Shown one piece after another: positions 27,300 to 41,995 of a DNA stretch of 64,000 bases. The notes under the pieces were generated by a model. That model was not told the origin of the DNA. It ran no database searches and saw nothing but the letters and a program-made list of their open reading frames with translations. The translations under genes were made by a program, and so were the position numbers. Every line of letters starts with the position of its first letter. The stretch's first letter is position 1. The DNA is from Octopus vulgaris (Eukaryota): the NCBI GenBank assembly GCA_951406725.2, contig OX597816.1, forward strand, positions 32,674,001 through 32,738,000, read 5' to 3'.

Positions 27300-27511
27300 G
27301 ATATATATATATAGATATAGATAGATGTAGATATATATATATCACCACTAACACCACTGCTAAGTACACCAGTTGATTAACCACTGTAGAGGAATTCGAC
27401 TGGTCAATGGTAGTCTACTCCGAGAGCTAACTCAAGCATTAATGGGCGTAAATCTAACTATACACACACATGCGCGTTTATATACATGCACACACACACA
27501 CATACACACAC

Positions 27512-27577
<66 letters not shown>

Positions 27578-27584
27578 GCATATA

Positions 27585-27990
27585 GATGAAATGTTTAGAA
27601 AAACCAAAGACGAATTCAGGCGTATGAACAACAAACTGGTGTGTTAGTTTGACGCGCGACAAAATGAAAAGGACTTTTACGTTTCGAACCTACGCTCTTC
27701 AACTGAAAGGAATAGGAGATAATTAAAAGAGAGAAAATGAAAAAGAACCTGTATATTTAGCGGTCAAGCATAGTGACTGATTAGAAGTTTGAAAATAGAG
27801 GTTGGGGGAAAGTGTTATGATAAAGTAAAGTTGATCCGTCATAAAGGTGCGCGTACAAGTGTGTGTATGTAAGAATGCTGGGCGTGAACGTGTGATTTCT
27901 TGCATGCGAATAGGGGCTAGTAACTGAGACGTGTGGGGGTATTTGTATGTGTGTATGCGTCTGTAACATGTGGCAGCTCATATAGTGGTA
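27585..27990 (-). mobile_element. PLE pLTR fragment (family of 10205) with a decayed hammerhead at 27674-27709
   Basis: TTTTACGTTTCGAACCTACGCTCTTC is shared with ~10300 and ~48403. Confidence 0.65.
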
Positions 27991-29089
27991 TGAGTGGTGA
28001 CGCTATGCAAGATTGTACATAAATATATGCATATATAAATATCCACATACATATATTATGATATCAAGCGACGAAATATCATTGGTTGAAAATCAAATTT
28101 GTATTATCCTGTAGATTGTATATAAAGAAATTTGAAATAATGTATATTCAATGTAGATGACTGTATTTTCTACGGAGTAAATTTGTCTATAAAATAATGA
28201 TACGTTATTTTTTTCCAACAATACTTCGTGAATCCAATTATTCATTCGTCGAAAGTTTTTTTTAATTTCCTTCTTTAATTCTCTCTCATTCGAGAATGAT
28301 AAACAGCATTTTCGGAAGTGAAAGCAAAATAGAATAGACAAAATAAACATAGCAATGTATTTCCATGCATTCAATAAATTTCTCACTCACTTATGTTCTT
28401 TAAATTGAAGTATAATAAAAAAAGAAAAAAAGCCACAGCAACAAATACAGACGGATGTATTTTCTCTTACTTTCTAGCTTATTGCTACTTTATTTTCTCT
28501 TGCATTCTTTATCAGCTGTAATTTATTGGTGGAGCTGAAACAAAGCAATTTATATTAATTCTATTGTTATTTAATTCTGTTTATGGGGATATTTTACTTT
28601 TTGTTTTAAGTGAATAGTATTTTTTCAGCTCTGAAACAATGAAATAAGACTAAAGGAAAATTATAGAAACCAATCTAAATCGAAAATATTTAGCTACTTA
28701 AGATATAACAGAATCGTATGTTACTTTTTCTTTATATGCATTATTTGTGAGACTGTTGTAAGTAAGCAACGTTTGATATAATATCGTTTATTACTTACCT
28801 ATTCCAACAGAGAAATTGGTAGGAAAAATTCTATCAAATTGAGGAACACTTCTAATTTTATACATAGTTTCAAGTAGCAATATATGTCATGATTTGTAGA
28901 TTTCAAATTTTAGTAAAGGTTTTCCCAAGAAAATTTTAATGTCTCCTGCTTTTATTACCTTCCATAGATACGTTCTAGTATCAACAAGTACATACACGCT
29001 ACACGTTATTTGATAGAGCTTATATTGAAGAAAAGGTTTAACAAACATTCATTATACAAATATATATAATACACAAATACATACGTACA

Positions 29090-29168
<79 letters not shown>

Positions 29169-29210
29169 AATATGTATGTATATACATATATATATATATA
29201 TATATATACT

Positions 29211-29424
29211 GTCTTTTTTTCTCTTTTACTTGTTTCAGTCATTTGACTGCGGCCATGATGGAGCACCGCCTTTAATCCAGCAACTCGACCCCGAGACTTA
29301 TTCTTTGTAAGTCTAGTACTCATTCTATCGGTCTCTTTTGCCGAACGCTAAGTGACGGGGACATAAACACACCACCATCGGTTGCCAAATATGTTGGATG
29401 GGACAAACACAGACACACAAACTT

Positions 29425-29475
<51 letters not shown>

Positions 29476-29640
29476 TACGACGGGCTTCTTTCAGTTTCCG
29501 TCTACCAAATACACTCACAAGGCTTTGGTCGGCTAGAGGCTATAGTAGAAGACACTTGCCCAAGGTGCCACGCAGTGGGACTGAACCCGGAACCATGTGG
29601 TTGGTAAACAAGCTACTTACAACACAGCCACTTCTGCGCT
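29211..29640 (-). mobile_element. tRNA-derived CORE-like SINE (family B) with an internal microsatellite and a CR1-like 3' tail
   Basis: Minus strand has A box TGGCTGTGTTG, B box GGTTCAGTCCC, then CCTTGGGCAAGTGTCTT (CORE-like). A degenerate copy lies at 36155-36545. Confidence 0.85.
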
Positions 29641-29650
29641 TATATATATA

Positions 29651-31733
29651 GTTGACTGGTTTAGGTCTATTAACAGTAAGGTGAGTACGAAGTTTATCCA
29701 GTTTGATATTTCCAATTTTCATTCGTCTATTAATCCAATAGTACTTAATAAGGCACTTTGGCTTGCTCATAACAAAGCTGGTCTCACCCGCGAAGAAATT
29801 AATGTTGTGTTGGCAGCCAGAAGATCTATTATTAAAATTGATGATAAGTTGTGGGTCCGCAAAGACACACCAGATAGTTTCGATATACCTATGGGAAGTT
29901 CTGATTCAGCACAGATAGCTGATTTGGTCTGTATATATATTCTTTTTGAAATGGCTGAAGAGTTCCCTAACATTTATTGAGGTCTATATCGTGATGACTG
30001 TTTACTTTACCTCCAAAATGTTTCTAACCAAAAGGTACAAAAAGTTAAGAACAGTTTAGTTAATTTTTTCAGTAGAATGGGCTTAAAAATCGTTTTTGAT
30101 GACGATCTGACGAAGGCCAACTTTTTAGATATTACGCTTAATTTACACAGTGACTCTTACTTCCCATATCATAAACCGTTGACCAATCTTAAGTACATTA
30201 GCAAATTTAGTAATCATCCTGGAGCAATTGCTAAGAATCCAGTTAAGAATATTTCATTTAGATTATCTAAATTATCTGCTAATGTTGATATTTTCAATAA
30301 TAACGCTGAATTCTATAACTCTGCCTTAATCAAAGCAGGTTATACAGAAAAGATTGTCTACATTGATTCTGCTCAGTCTAATTGTAAATTCAATAATGTA
30401 GATAAGATTTCTAGTCGTAAAAGAATTATTGATAACAAACATAACTTACGCACCGATACAAAGCGAATGAAGGCAGATAACCCTTATTTATTCCCCTATT
30501 ACCGATCTAAAAGTAAATATAACACCTTCAAAAGTAATTACGCTATGAATACTAGTAAAAATATTTGGTTAATAATTCCTTACGGGAGACAAATTAAATC
30601 TAATCTCTCACTGCTGTTTCGTCAAGCTATTGCTAGGAATTTTCCAAATAATTCTAGATATTACTCTATAATTAATTCACATAAGGTTAGGATAAGTTTT
30701 TCAAACACAAAAAATCTCTTGCAAATTATATCTTCTCATAATAACAAACTGTTAAATATTAATACATTTACTAATACTAACATTAATTTAGCAACTACCA
30801 TCCAACCCTCTAGAAATATTAATAACAAGGTTATTGTATCTGAAGTCAATCCCAATAGAATTAAATTTATGTCAAGTAACTCTAAGATTAAAAATTCTAT
30901 ATACCAGTGTATAATCAGTACTCGTAATAAAGTACGATTTTACATTGGAAGCACATCGTTAGAGTTATCTAAAAGAATTTCTATCCATTACTCAACATTT
31001 AGGGATAGAAATAAACGGAATAGTACCGGTCTCAGCAAACTGATTTGGAATTTAAAAGACCACAATGAACAATTTCCTTTGGAATGGTTGATCCTCTCAA
31101 TTTCGATACCATATGACAAAGGCAAGAAATTCTGTCTTCTCTGCAATTCTGAACTATTTTTCATTATTTTTTTCTAAAAATACTCTAGTAAACACGGTTA
31201 TAGAACGAGCATACAGATGTAAGCATTGGCAAAAACATACTTTTAGTGCATATAAGTAGTCTCTATCATTATATATAGTTTAGACTTTAATTTCCTTTAT
31301 ATTTAACATTCACTATTAATATCCCTACTCTTTCTGTTAGCTACTTATGAGGTTATATCATATAACGTTTTTTTAAACAATATTAATAGCGTTCTGTCTA
31401 TCGCTATACGAATCCATCATTTTTTGCTAAAATGTCGTATTGACAAGTTCGTTTTTTCACTTTCCCGAAGAGAAGATTGCATTGTTCATACCTTTTATTC
31501 TTTTGAATAAGTATCAGTGGAATTTTTGAAACATAGGTAGAAAGAAAAAATACTTGTTTAAACCTGCGTTAACTCCATTTTTTATTCCTATTATTCAAAT
31601 ATTCAACGTAAACACGACGTTTCAACCTTTATAAACAAGGAGTTACAACATCTTTACTTGTGAGATTTTTGCTGCCCTGGTAACTATTCATTCATTTATC
31701 CGTGTTAATTGTTAACAAGGTAAAATACACTCA

Positions 31734-31735
<2 letters not shown>
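29651..31735 (+). mobile_element. 5'-truncated Penelope-like retroelement (RT + GIY-YIG + pLTR) inserted in (TA)n
   Basis: One frame gives FDISNFHSSI, IPMGS, *GLYRDD, FLDITLNL, YHKP, SNHP, then IYQC...FYIGST...KRISIH...CLLC. Lesions are a TGA at 29978-29980 and a frameshift in the T-run at ~31170. The shifted frame ends VN...E...RCKHWQK...* at 31259. Confidence 0.95.
31460..31544 (+). ncRNA. Hammerhead motif (U4C variant, long stem II) in the PLE 3' pLTR
   Basis: CTTTC-CCGAAGA-[56-nt imperfect hairpin containing TTATTC-TTTT-GAATAA]-GAAAC-ATAG-GTA-GAAAG. Confidence 0.7.
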
Positions 31736-31803
<68 letters not shown>

Positions 31804-32044
31804 TATATATTTATACATAGACACACGCACATATAACATGAGAGATTCTGATATACAGAAGACCCAAAAGGCAGGTGAGGTTGTGGGAATGATTCGGAAG
31901 CACTGCTGTTAGACTCCAGGTTCTATAATAGTATGAGTGAGGAGTCTAATGCGGGTCGTGTGTGAGTGTGTATATGTTATATAAAATGATATAACAAGGC
32001 CACGGTAGTGTGATATTTTTAGGGCATTTTTAATGAGAAGGGTT

Positions 32045-32092
32045 GTCTTACAGCTGTTTCAGGGATATAAAAGTTATTCCACCATCAGAGAC
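32045..32092 (-). ncRNA. Hammerhead motif in a solo pLTR fragment
   Basis: Minus strand reads GTCT-CTGATGG-TGGAATAACTTTTATATCCCT-GAAAC-AGCT-GTA-AGAC. Stem I GTCT/AGAC, palindrome ACAGCTGT, A9 changed to G. Confidence 0.65.
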
Positions 32093-34189
32093 GATATGAG
32101 TGAGTTTGAATAGAAAGAAACAACTGGGTTCATCCTTTAAGAAGTTACTGTGGAATGAGAGAGAGGAACAGGAAGTATAAATAGAAAAGTCAATGCTTAT
32201 TACTGGATGTTAGTCTGCGATTTCTCAGGTATTTTGAAAAGATTAAACCTTTTTGGCTGAACCTGCCACAATTTTGCTCTTAACACTATCACTGCCATAG
32301 CGAATGTCTTGTTAAGCTACTCTGTCCCCACAAGTCAACTGGAGGACGGTTGTATTCGTTATCTCCGTAGATGGAACTTCTTATGTGATAAACAGTGGGA
32401 GCAAATCTTAGTGCTGCCACACTTACTATACATGGTGTTTCTTACATTTTTAACATATATTTCCTTAGAGAAAGTGGCCATCAATTACTACTGATTTCCC
32501 AATAATGGCAACTATGTATTGTACTTTGTAACACACATGTGCACCTACTTAAATGCTATTTGGGTCATGATATTTTCCTCATGTTACTGTGAATTTCTAT
32601 TAATTAAACGTCTACATATATCCGGATTCCTCATAGATACACATCATGTCTTGTAATATGTGTCTTTACAGTTCACCCATACTGCTAAAAACAAAGGGTT
32701 CATATACGTCAGGGAAGATGGCAACAAAAAATACCGGCCATCATCATTGTCATATTACTGTTGCTGAAATATTAGGTACAAATATTAATGCGTGTCCGAA
32801 AAAAACCCTCATATTGGGATTCGATTTTTCAGTTTCGACAATGATGAAGACACACAGCAGGTAGGCATTTTTCGTACAAATGTATCTCTCACGGAAAATA
32901 CAAACATCAACTCTGTGAGCGTCCACATAGATTCAGTTACTAAATGGCAATCAAAATAACCTTACCAATCAGGGAACATAACGTGGTGGGATTAGATCCG
33001 AAGTAGCAAACCTCCTAAGTCACCGATCAAACCTAAGGTAAACGGAAAAAACAAGAATAGGTATTGAAGTGAATGTATGTACATAGAAATAAATTAAATA
33101 TATTGCAGAAATACTGAGATGAAAATCCATTGTAAAATATATATTTAGTATTGTTGGGTTCTTCTTAAATTTGAAGCTTAAAGATATCACATGTATTAAA
33201 CTACATAATGCAGGAAGAAATATTATATTAACAGCAAGTGATAATATAATTCGTTTTTAAAAAATGTAGAACGTTTGGAATCTGAACAGAAAATGCAAAG
33301 CCTCCAGGTTTTTGACTATATATTAGAAAATAAATTTATTCGAAAATTAATTTAAATTTTCATATAACACTATATTCTGATCAATATTGTTTTTACGCAG
33401 GGTATAGTTTGAAACTAGGAATGAATACAAATTTTAGTAAAATCGATTACTTAAAAATGATAAACATTAAATGACATTTCAGGTTCCAATAAAATTATCA
33501 TTATAAAAGATTTATATTTTAAACAGATCATATATATTATTTTATGCTGCGTAAATCTATTTTACATTTGAATATAATTTGGTATTCCAAGGGGATTAAA
33601 TTAGAGTCCCTATTTAATAGTTTCATAGTAATTCATGAATTTATTTTTTTTATAAATTTTACGTTATCTCGTCAGTAAAAAGTTTTAGTAGCAGCACAAT
33701 ATAATTTAAATACATTAAGGAAACCGTACATGATCAAATCACCATTTATAATGGCAGAGAACTAATTTTACAAAGAAATTTAGTTGAATATTTTCTAATT
33801 AAAATAAAGTATATAACAAATTATATTCGATTTATATAGAATGAATATAAAAGGGTAAACATTAGAACATGTTCCTCTATATTATGTGAGAAAAGAAATA
33901 ATTACAACTTCCATATGACTACGTATTATAATGATTATTATAACTGGTAAATTATATTATGCACTACCGCACAACGAATAAGGATTTGTCAAAAATATAT
34001 AAAGTTAATATTCAATATGGAGCACAAAATGCAGACTGATTTCCATAAAATTAAAAGGAAATATCCTCAGGAAAATCAACAATAAATTACAGCTGAAATG
34101 TATTATAAAAAGCCAAAGCTAAAGTATATAAGAGTGTACAGAGCTAAATCTAATTTTAAAGATTAATCCGCATAAATAACTGTTACAAA

Positions 34190-34365
34190 TGTTGGTACAC
34201 GGCCAGCAGATTCAGTGTCTTGGGTATGCCGATTACATTGACCCAATATCTCAACAGGTACTTCGACCTCGGTGGAATTTGAACTCAGAAATAGAAGACG
34301 GGCGTAATACAGGTATACATTTTATCCAGCGTGTAACGATTCTGTCTGTCAGTCGCCTTAAACTG
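34190..34365 (-). mobile_element. Degenerate SINE family A copy
   Basis: GATTACATTGACCC...TCGACCTCGGTGGAATTTGAACTCAGAA. A further decayed copy lies near 19470-19575. Confidence 0.7.
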
Positions 34366-34595
34366 GCATAAATAAAGAAAAGCATGAACATATATCCACG
34401 TTCTCTTAGTCCTAGCTCACACTCATACACACACACCTACAACATCCACACACATACATGCACACAGACGCACATACACGTATTAATATAATGTTCAAAT
34501 AAAATATTCAAATCAAATTCACCGAACTAGCGCGAACTAGCATTTTTAAATTTGGTATTCCCTAACCATTTCTCAGCTTACTTATGACATATAAT

Positions 34596-34815
34596 CGATT
34601 TCTTTATTGCCCACAATGGGTTAAACATAGAGGAGACAAAGGGATTAAGTCGATTACATCGACCCCAGTGCATAACTGGTACTTAGTTTATCGACTCCGA
34701 AAGGATGAAAGGTAAAGTCGACCTCGGCGGAATTTGAACTCAGAACGTAACAGCAGACGTAATACGAATAAGCATTTCGCCCGGCATGCTAATGCTTTTG
34801 CTAGCTCACCGCCTC
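34596..34815 (-). mobile_element. Full-length SINE family A with a 12-bp TSD
   Basis: Reverse complement of the 55481 copy. ATGACATATAAT at 34584-34595 and 34816-34827. Confidence 0.9.
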
Positions 34816-36154
34816 ATGACATATAATATAGTATAGGACTAGAGTATAGGGTAAAATACACTGGTAAGAAACATTGGTGAGGATCTTTGCATTTTTAGTG
34901 ATTATTACGAATTTACGATTTAACTTTATGATTGAGCGGTTAATTATTCAAAACTTCCAATAAGAAACAGAGAATGTGTTCTATTAGTGTAGAGAGCACG
35001 GAGTAGTAACGTAAAAACGAACAAAAAACATTACCCGTACTGAACAACAATGTTTATTCCAGAACTCGGTTGTAAATTTTACATAGTGGACTAGATAAAT
35101 GAACAGGGCTTTTAATATCGTTATAGAATATTCGAAGCATTGCATTGATATAATTCAAACAAGTTATCACGTGTTTAAACATGTGCGCCCGAGTCCCAAA
35201 AGCAAAGTTCGATTTTTCCATTCGAATTATTATTTTTTTGCAGCCCCATATTCAATAAGTCATAGATTACAGTTTTCTATAGTTTCAGAGAAACCGATAA
35301 ACACAATGTATTTCGTATATCACGAAATTTCTAAATTTTCATGACGTAATAAATGTGTGTGAGTGCATGAATACTTGTGTATGTGTGTCTCTGTGTGTGT
35401 ACATATAAAAATACACGTCGTGTGTTGAGTGTAGAGGTACATGTATATTTATCACAAATTTATATATGTATATATATATATGTATGTATACATATATATA
35501 TATATATATATATATGTGTGTATATATGTATGCATGTATATGTATGTTTGTATGTATTTCTAATATATATAAATATGCTTCTACACATGCTGTGTATTTT
35601 TATTTGTACACACACACACACAGATACACTAGCGTAAGTATTCACGTACTCATATTTTTACGTCGCATTTATATTTACATATACATATATATGTGTGTGT
35701 GCGTGTGTGTTTATGTATGTATGCATGTACGGATCTGTGATTGTAAATTTAGCAAAAGAGCACACCATCTGGTGAGAGATAAATATTATTTATTTAAAGG
35801 TTACAATAAATATATTAAAACGCTACTTCTAATTCCGTATGTTGAGAAAACATAAATATGTTCTTCAGGCGCAAAACACATATCATGAGAAACTAAAGAA
35901 AATGAATAATAGAAGAATCGCAAAAGAAAAAAAAAAAAATTCAAGACAACGCATATAAGACGCAGACAGTGAATAAGGGAAAGCGAAAAACGGAAAAGAG
36001 AGACTAAATTTCAAAAATAAAAAGTCAAAGGTATAAATGTAAAAGAGCTAACCTTCTTAGGCCTTAAATGATAAAGCTTAGAATAGAAATGGGTGTCTAA
36101 TTAAGTTGCAAGTTTATTTAATTCTTGATTTCTTACGAGCATATACTTCAGTGT

Positions 36155-36545
36155 TTCATCTTTTACTAGTTCAGTCATTTGACTAGGGTCATTTTAGGGA
36201 ATTGCCTTGAAAAATGCGTAGTCGAATGAATAGATCACAGTACGTTTTTGTTAATCTTGGTCCTTATTCCTTCGAAGACCCATGTCAAACCGCAAACGTA
36301 CGTGCAAGCAATCACAACAAAACGCGTTAGGAACCGGTATGGGTGACAAACACTGGCACATAGAAACGCACACATTGTTACTTATATACAACGGCTTTCT
36401 TACAGTTTCTGTCTACTAAATCCACTCCCAAGGTTTTGGTCGCCCCCGAGGCTAGAGTAACAGATATTTGCCCAGTGTACCACGCTCAGAGACTTAGCCC
36501 GGAACAATATGTTTGGGAAAAAATATATCTGACCACACAGGCAGT
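36155..36545 (-). mobile_element. Degenerate SINE family B copy
   Basis: TTTTACT.GTTCAGTCATTTGACT at the left end and CAGTTTCTGTCTACTAAATCCACTC.CAAGG internally align with 29211-29640. Confidence 0.8.
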
Positions 36546-39330
36546 CCGGCTTTTTTAAAACATTTAAACCATAGACAGTCTTCTTAATCCCTTCTTAAAA
36601 GCCGACATTTTTCATATGAGCCCAGTGTTTTCTTATCGACTAGTTCAAAATAGGAGCGAAAACTAAACAACCGGCGAAGTTTATATTTTTGTGAGTAAAA
36701 TGTAGTCTTCATCTATTTATCCCTTCCATTGCTTTAAATTTATATTTTGAATATCAAATATTAAGAGGAAAACTTATTTAAAATGGTAAACAAGCACCTG
36801 AATTTTTGTTAAAATAAAACTTTGATTCATTTATAAATATTATATCGCAGTAATATACTTTTACGCTTTCATTCACACCCAGGATGATAAAGAATTAATT
36901 ATCTCACTTTTCTCTTTACTTTCCCAAATTTTGCAATAAGATGATTCGCAGATAAGAAGGATATAGGCATTGTTATCAAGAGCATAATCCAAGTCTTTGA
37001 TTCCAAGTATTATAAACAGTATGAATGAATGACGAGATGTCCCATTCTGTACAAATCTTTCTTTCTCCCGTGTCTGTTATTTTGTCAGCATAAAGAAACT
37101 TGGGCAACTACTGCCCAGATTGATTTTCACAATTCGACTGGACGTTAAAACACAATCAGAGGTGAAGAATCCCCGATGACGTGGATTTGTTTAAGATGGA
37201 CTTCAACTTGCCAGTCAGTGACCCACACAATTGGTTTTATGGCCTTGCTCTGCGGCACATATAGAATGAGACATGTAGTATACAATTGTGAAACTGCAAC
37301 GAACTGTCCATGCCTTGTTTATAGTTGTGAGTTGCGACTTCTGTAGCATGTTCGTCATCCGTATTCGCATTCATCTGCTGAGATTTATTGTGGTCATCAT
37401 CCGCTTTTTTACTGTTGGGGGTATTTGGAGGTTGGCCGCACTTAGTTTGTGTCCTCCTCCTTGTACTTGTCATCAAAAGTGACCCTAACAGGAGTTCAGA
37501 TCTGAAGAAATAACTGTCAGAGTCATTGATCCATACAACCCCTTCAACCGCAACGAATGCCGACCATGAGACGGGTGGAAAACAATTTGATTACCGCTGT
37601 GACAAAATACGAAAGTGTCAGAACCATCTAAATATCGTAATTGCTCTGAGAATTTGGCCGTCAACGAATTGAAGCAGCTGCTAATCTCTAGAAAGAACCT
37701 TCGGTTCAGTTCCATGTATCGACTATTGAAACACAGATGTTGTACCGAGGTCTGGTGAAAAGGCCTGTTAAAATCTCAAGAATCATTCTTTGTATTCTCG
37801 CCAGTTCCAGAGTGGAAGTGCTAATTCCATTATCTTCCGGTATTTTCGACAGCAGTTCGATTATTCCTCAAAATGTCCCAAATAACGAAAGGACCATTCG
37901 TCTTATATATATTGTATGTATGAATGGTTCTTCTATTTTTGAATTATTACAAACCTTACACTGATTAGGGAGCCGGCCTCCAACAAAGAATCGGGGCTCC
38001 AACTTTGTAGTTAACATAGACAAGTTTCTATCTATGTATGTATATATGTATATATGTGTCTGGTCAGATGTGCAAATAGATGTCTTTGAAACATAGTAGT
38101 TCACATTTTCTCTCTACGTAAACGTTATAGTCTGTATGAGAATAAGTTACAGAATTACTTTTCGGGCAATGAATAAGTTAGAAATGTCACTTTCATTATT
38201 CTCTTTAATTACAACCAAAAATGTCACAGCACCCAATAAATCTGAAAATGAATTGTTCTCATTGTATTACTAATTTTTGTTGTGGCATAATAAGTTAGTT
38301 TGAGGATATAATATCAAATGTAAATTTACCAAAGTTAATTTTTGAATAGTTTATTTTAAGTGTAAAAATATTTTTACCAAATAAGGACGAATCACTAAAT
38401 TCAAATGATTATTTTCTTTGCTAATGTTGGTCCCTGAATTCGTTGCACTGAAGAATAAAGGAGAATAATTTTATATTCTTTTGCGCAATTTTAACAGTAT
38501 GCTATTTTGCAATTCATAAACAATTTTTCCTTTTTGCATCTCTTTGAAATTCAATATAGTTTTCATTTCTCGTATTATTTTTTAATGTTTTTCAAGAAAC
38601 AAGATTGAAATCAGACAAAATAAACAATCGCTATGAAGGTAGTGAATATGATTTTTAATGTATATTTTTCTGAGGACCAGCCACATTAAATTTTATGTTG
38701 TAATATTAACAATACAAAGGAAATTCCATCTATATTTTCAAATGGCATGAAGGCAGACAATGATAGTTGTGTTTTGATATATCTTACAGTGATAAATCAA
38801 TATTTTAAACAATCACATGGCCTGCATCAGTACATAATTGCAATGAAGGGTTTAATGTGTGTCCAGAGATTAAACATAAACTTATAGAAACGTATCAACT
38901 TTTTCTGTTTAAAAATTAAATATTATGTTACTTCATATTAAATACCAAGAATGATGCATATACTCCAATATAAGAAACGCAATAAAAAATTTGATGCATG
39001 TACACCACTATGATATTGATACGAGATGCCATACATATGTCCATCGTCACTTTATACACGTGAACAAACGGAAATATAAAATCCATCGTCATTTATACTG
39101 GGTCCGATAATTTCGCATAATGTTTGCACTACGTACCCTTGCACATATGATTATTGAAAAGTGTAAAGATAGTTTTTCATCTTTCATCACTTACTCAGTA
39201 TAAATGAATCATGTCCAAGCATTCTGTACATACAGATTGGACAGTGCAGTAGCTTAAGTCTCATCAAGATTTTCTCTTGACTTTCAGTAGCCAACCTGTA
39301 GGTCAGTCACTCACTGTGCTGTTGCTGCTT

Positions 39331-39490
<160 letters not shown>

Positions 39491-39654
39491 TATCTTGATA
39501 TGAGATCACCATGTCGAACGCACATGGTTGTGATGCATGTGTCTAGTGTACCCTCATCACACGGGTAGTCATGTTGGGTATACTGGGCTTCGTATATTTC
39601 ACCTCAGTGTCACTTTGATGGCATGTCCTGCTCTCTCACTTAATAATAATAATG

Positions 39655-39731
<77 letters not shown>

Positions 39732-39732
<1 letters not shown>

Positions 39733-40175
39733 GAGAAATTAGAGAAATTAAGGCCAACAGACCAGATATAGTTGTCAGAGGTCATGAAGAAAAAAAATGC
39801 TTTCTAATTGATGTATCAATACCGGCTGATGACAACGTATGTCTAAAAGAAATGGAGAAACTCTCAAAATACAAAGACCTGGAAATAGAGGTAACTAGAA
39901 TGTGGAACCTGAAAACAGAAACAATTCCTATCATAGTAGGTGCATTAGGCATGATAAAAAAATATTCAGACAAATACATAACAAAAACACCAGGACTTAC
40001 AAACACATATAACATACAGAAAATTGCACTACTAGGCACTGCACACATCCTACGCAGAACACTTTCCATACAATAACCATCAGAGCATCACAACAAATCA
40101 CAGCACATACCCAAGGCACACAGAGCTGCGCTCGGTAGTGAAGTGAAATCACGCTATTAAAATAAAACTACTGAA
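39732..40175 (+). mobile_element. 3' end of an R4/Dong non-LTR retrotransposon (restriction-like endonuclease + 3' UTR) in (TAA)n
   Basis: ANRPDIVV...CFLIDVSIP.D.N...KE.EKLSKYKDL..E..RMW......PIIVGALG is the RLE (PD..D) domain. Stop at 40076. (TAA)n on both sides is the known Dong target. Confidence 0.92.
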
Positions 40176-40498
40176 TAATGATAATAATAATAATAATGAT
40201 AATAATAATAATAATAATATGCGTCAGGAATGTGATTCTTATTCGGTCACACAGGCGAAAGGGGAGCAGAACAACAACCGGAGTGAGAGTGGGTAATAGT
40301 CACAGATACTAAAGCAGGTGAACAGCATTCAAGGAATTTGGTCTAAAGACGCTATTTTAATGTGAGTAAATTTTTATCGTGAATCGTATTCTCTGTGTCA
40401 GTTTTAGTCACACACAGATACACACTCACGAACACACAAACACATAGACCCACACACAGACACATAAAATTACACATACACAGACACACACACACACG

Positions 40499-40544
<46 letters not shown>

Positions 40545-41075
40545 TTAAATCAGATATTAAAGACTTGTTTTCAAATATTATCGTTCACATAACATATATA
40601 AATGTTTTATATGAACGATAAGATATGTATACGTATATACACAGCTTCTGCCGTAATTTGATAAGCGGTACTGCGTTTTTAGAATTCTGTATAATAATAT
40701 TTTTATAAGTTTCAAGCTCATAAGTGATTACCGGGCATTGACAAACGAAATTATTCTAATACTGGGGCATATAAGCACTTGACGGAAAACAAGTGGGTTT
40801 TCTTGACAGTGGTGTAATGTGCTACCGTTAAACCAACGTACCTCTTGATTTTTTCCGTTAGATTTCAGGACTATAATTTCATAGTGTTATTTTTATAAAC
40901 AAACGTGTACGTTTACTTCGATGGTTTGATAAACGGTGCCATGTTTTTACAATTCTGTAAACAGTAATAGCAATATTTTTATAAGCTTAAACATTATGCA
41001 TATATATATGAATGTATGTATTGTATGTATGTATGTGCATATGTGTGTATATATGCATATTTGCGTGTGTATGCA

Positions 41076-41145
<70 letters not shown>

Positions 41146-41839
41146 AGAAGAAAGCAACAAAAATGGATCAATATCTCGGTACAATTGTTTCGTACGAAGA
41201 CCAGCTTTATTAAGGCTGCAAATATTGTGTGTATGTGTGTATGTGTGTGTCTGTGTCTGTGTGCATATTCGTGTGTGCAAAACAATTCTTCGCAATTTTT
41301 TTTTCTGGGATATGTTACCCAAGCGGGCACCAGTTCTGCGCTACTCCTGATTGATTATTCTGGCTATACTCCGTGTGCCTCAGTATAAATATTGATTGGT
41401 GCCTACTTTAACCACTCTTAGTACGTTCCACTTTTGGAATTATATTTGTCCTTATAGGGACTTTAATGTTTTTGATATAGGAGAAATAATTCAAAAATAT
41501 AAGAGAACAAAGAATACACATAGAATATTAAGTTCCCCTTTTGGCCAACGTGAGTTTTCAGCCATTTGTTAGTGTCCATACTTGCACTTTAAAGTGCGTT
41601 ATGAGGTAATAAATAAGCAAATGTACCTTCAGGGCATTTTAAATGCTATGTGCATTTTCTTTCTATTACGGAATAATTCCAGCGAAATGAGAAACCTATT
41701 CAACTGCATGGTGAATAACGTTCTAAAAATAGCTCAAAACTGACATTTTGACCCTATTGATCAAGTGAACAATTTGTTGCCAAAATCTAGGTCATGTTCT
41801 TATTATTAAAGTAATTACCTGCTTCATTAATTCTTTTCT

Positions 41840-41995
41840 ACACTTTGCACAAGGCCAGAAATTATGGCAGAGCGGGTCAGTCGATTAGATCGACCCCAGT
41901 ACCCAACTGGTACTTAATTTCCCGACCTCGAAATAATGAAAGGCAAAGTCGACCTCGGCGGAATTTGAATTCAGAACGTAAAGACAGACGGGCGT
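41840..41995 (-). mobile_element. SINE family A-related copy
   Basis: GTCGATTAGATCGACCCCAGT...ATGAAAGGCAAAGTCGACCTCGGCGGAATTTGAA. Confidence 0.8.

Noticed and set aside
29978-29980. In-frame TGA before GLYRDD as a programmed readthrough or A-to-I recoding site
   Set aside because: A single point mutation in a 5'-truncated dead copy is simpler, and nothing in the sequence supports recoding.
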